From Candidatus Ozemobacter sibiricus (lineage in GTDB: Bacteria > Muiribacteriota > Ozemobacteria > Ozemobacterales > Ozemobacteraceae): a stretch of DNA of 64,000 bases. Made by a program: the position numbers and the translations under genes. Of this stretch, positions 63,541 through 64,000 are shown one piece after another. The DNA is taken from assembly GCA_003327425.1 (NCBI GenBank), contig QOQW01000002.1, positions 223,972 through 287,971 on the forward strand, in the 5' to 3' direction. A model generated the notes under the pieces. The model was not told the DNA's origin, ran no database searches, and was given only the letters and a program-made list of their open reading frames with translations. Every line of letters begins with the position of its first letter. The stretch's first letter is position 1.

Positions 63541-64000
63541 CCCCCGCCCCCACCCCCGCCCCCGCCCCCGCTCCGACCTCGTCGCCCGGCACGCCAGCCA
63601 TGACGACCACCACCCCCGGCCGCGAGTTCCGCGTGCTGTCCCCGACCGCCATCCTCGGCTACGGGTTCCCGGAAGCCTCGTTCCGGCGCGGTCTCGAGCG
63701 CAAGCCTGATCTGATCGGCGTCGACGCCGGTTCGACCGACCCCGGGCCGTACTACCTCGGGGCCGGCAAATCCTTCACCGATCGCGCTTTCGTCAAGCGC
63801 GACCTGCGCTACATGCTCACCGCCGGACGCGATCTCGGCATCCCGGTGGTGATCGGCTCGGCCGGCGGCTCGGGGGCGGCCCCTCATCTCGAGTGGTGCC
63901 GTCAGATCATCCTGGAGATCGCCCGCGAAGAAGGGCTGCGCTTCGATCTGGGCATCATTCCGGCCGATGTGCCCAAGGCCGTGGTGCGGCAGGCGCTGGC
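63537..64000 (+). CDS. AtuA/DUF1446-like protein, 3'-truncated by the window (not in the ORF track)
   Basis: SD AAGGAGGA and ATGA overlap with mal. The frame reads MTPAPTPAPAPA...MTTTTPGREFRVLSPTAILGYGFP...DAGSTDPGPYYLG...IGSAGGSG and is open to the window end. Confidence 0.85.
   Translation, partial: MTPAPTPAPAPAPTSSPGTPAMTTTTPGREFRVLSPTAILGYGFPEASFRRGLERKPDLIGVDAGSTDPGPYYLGAGKSFTDRAFVKRDLRYMLTAGRDLGIPVVIGSAGGSGAAPHLEWCRQIILEIAREEGLRFDLGIIPADVPKAVVRQAL
63541..63570. repeat. (CCCCCR)x5 hexamer repeat
   Basis: CCCCCG CCCCCA CCCCCG CCCCCG CCCCCG. It is in frame (Pro-Ala/Thr) and gives five G5 runs on the minus strand. Confidence 0.9.

Overview
A very GC-rich (roughly two-thirds G+C by eye), gene-dense bacterial chromosomal segment. 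It looks like a diderm anaerobe: it has a TolC/MFP/RND pump, rubrerythrin plus rubredoxin, an iron-sulfur flavoprotein, and a B12-dependent glutamate-fermentation (methylaspartate) operon at the right end (GntR-glmS-glmL-glmE-mal-AtuA/DUF1446-like, running off the window). About 45 CDSs can be supported. No rRNA, tRNA, CRISPR array, transposase or prophage gene was recognised. Signalling genes dominate: three PAS hybrid histidine kinases, three PP2C/SpoIIE phosphatases, a GAF-GAF-PAS adenylate cyclase, a STAS protein between two HEAT-repeat proteins, and a Cache-PAS-PAS-GAF sensor with no output domain. The best candidates for undescribed systems are: (1) a translationally coupled operon of a globin-like + CarH-type B12-binding protein, a PP2C phosphatase and a hybrid kinase (1785-7116); (2) a HEAT / STAS / HEAT module driven by mirror-image back-to-back sigma70 promoters that both appear to give leaderless mRNAs (48987-53109); (3) a GGA-rich 220-nt segment containing an unannotated 40-aa ORF (16467-16690). 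The mix of expanded PP2C, HEAT and STAS genes is reminiscent of Candidatus Riflebacteria, but that is inference only. All family assignments come from motif recognition by eye; no searches were run. Many starts were re-chosen relative to the ORF track using SD or overlap evidence.
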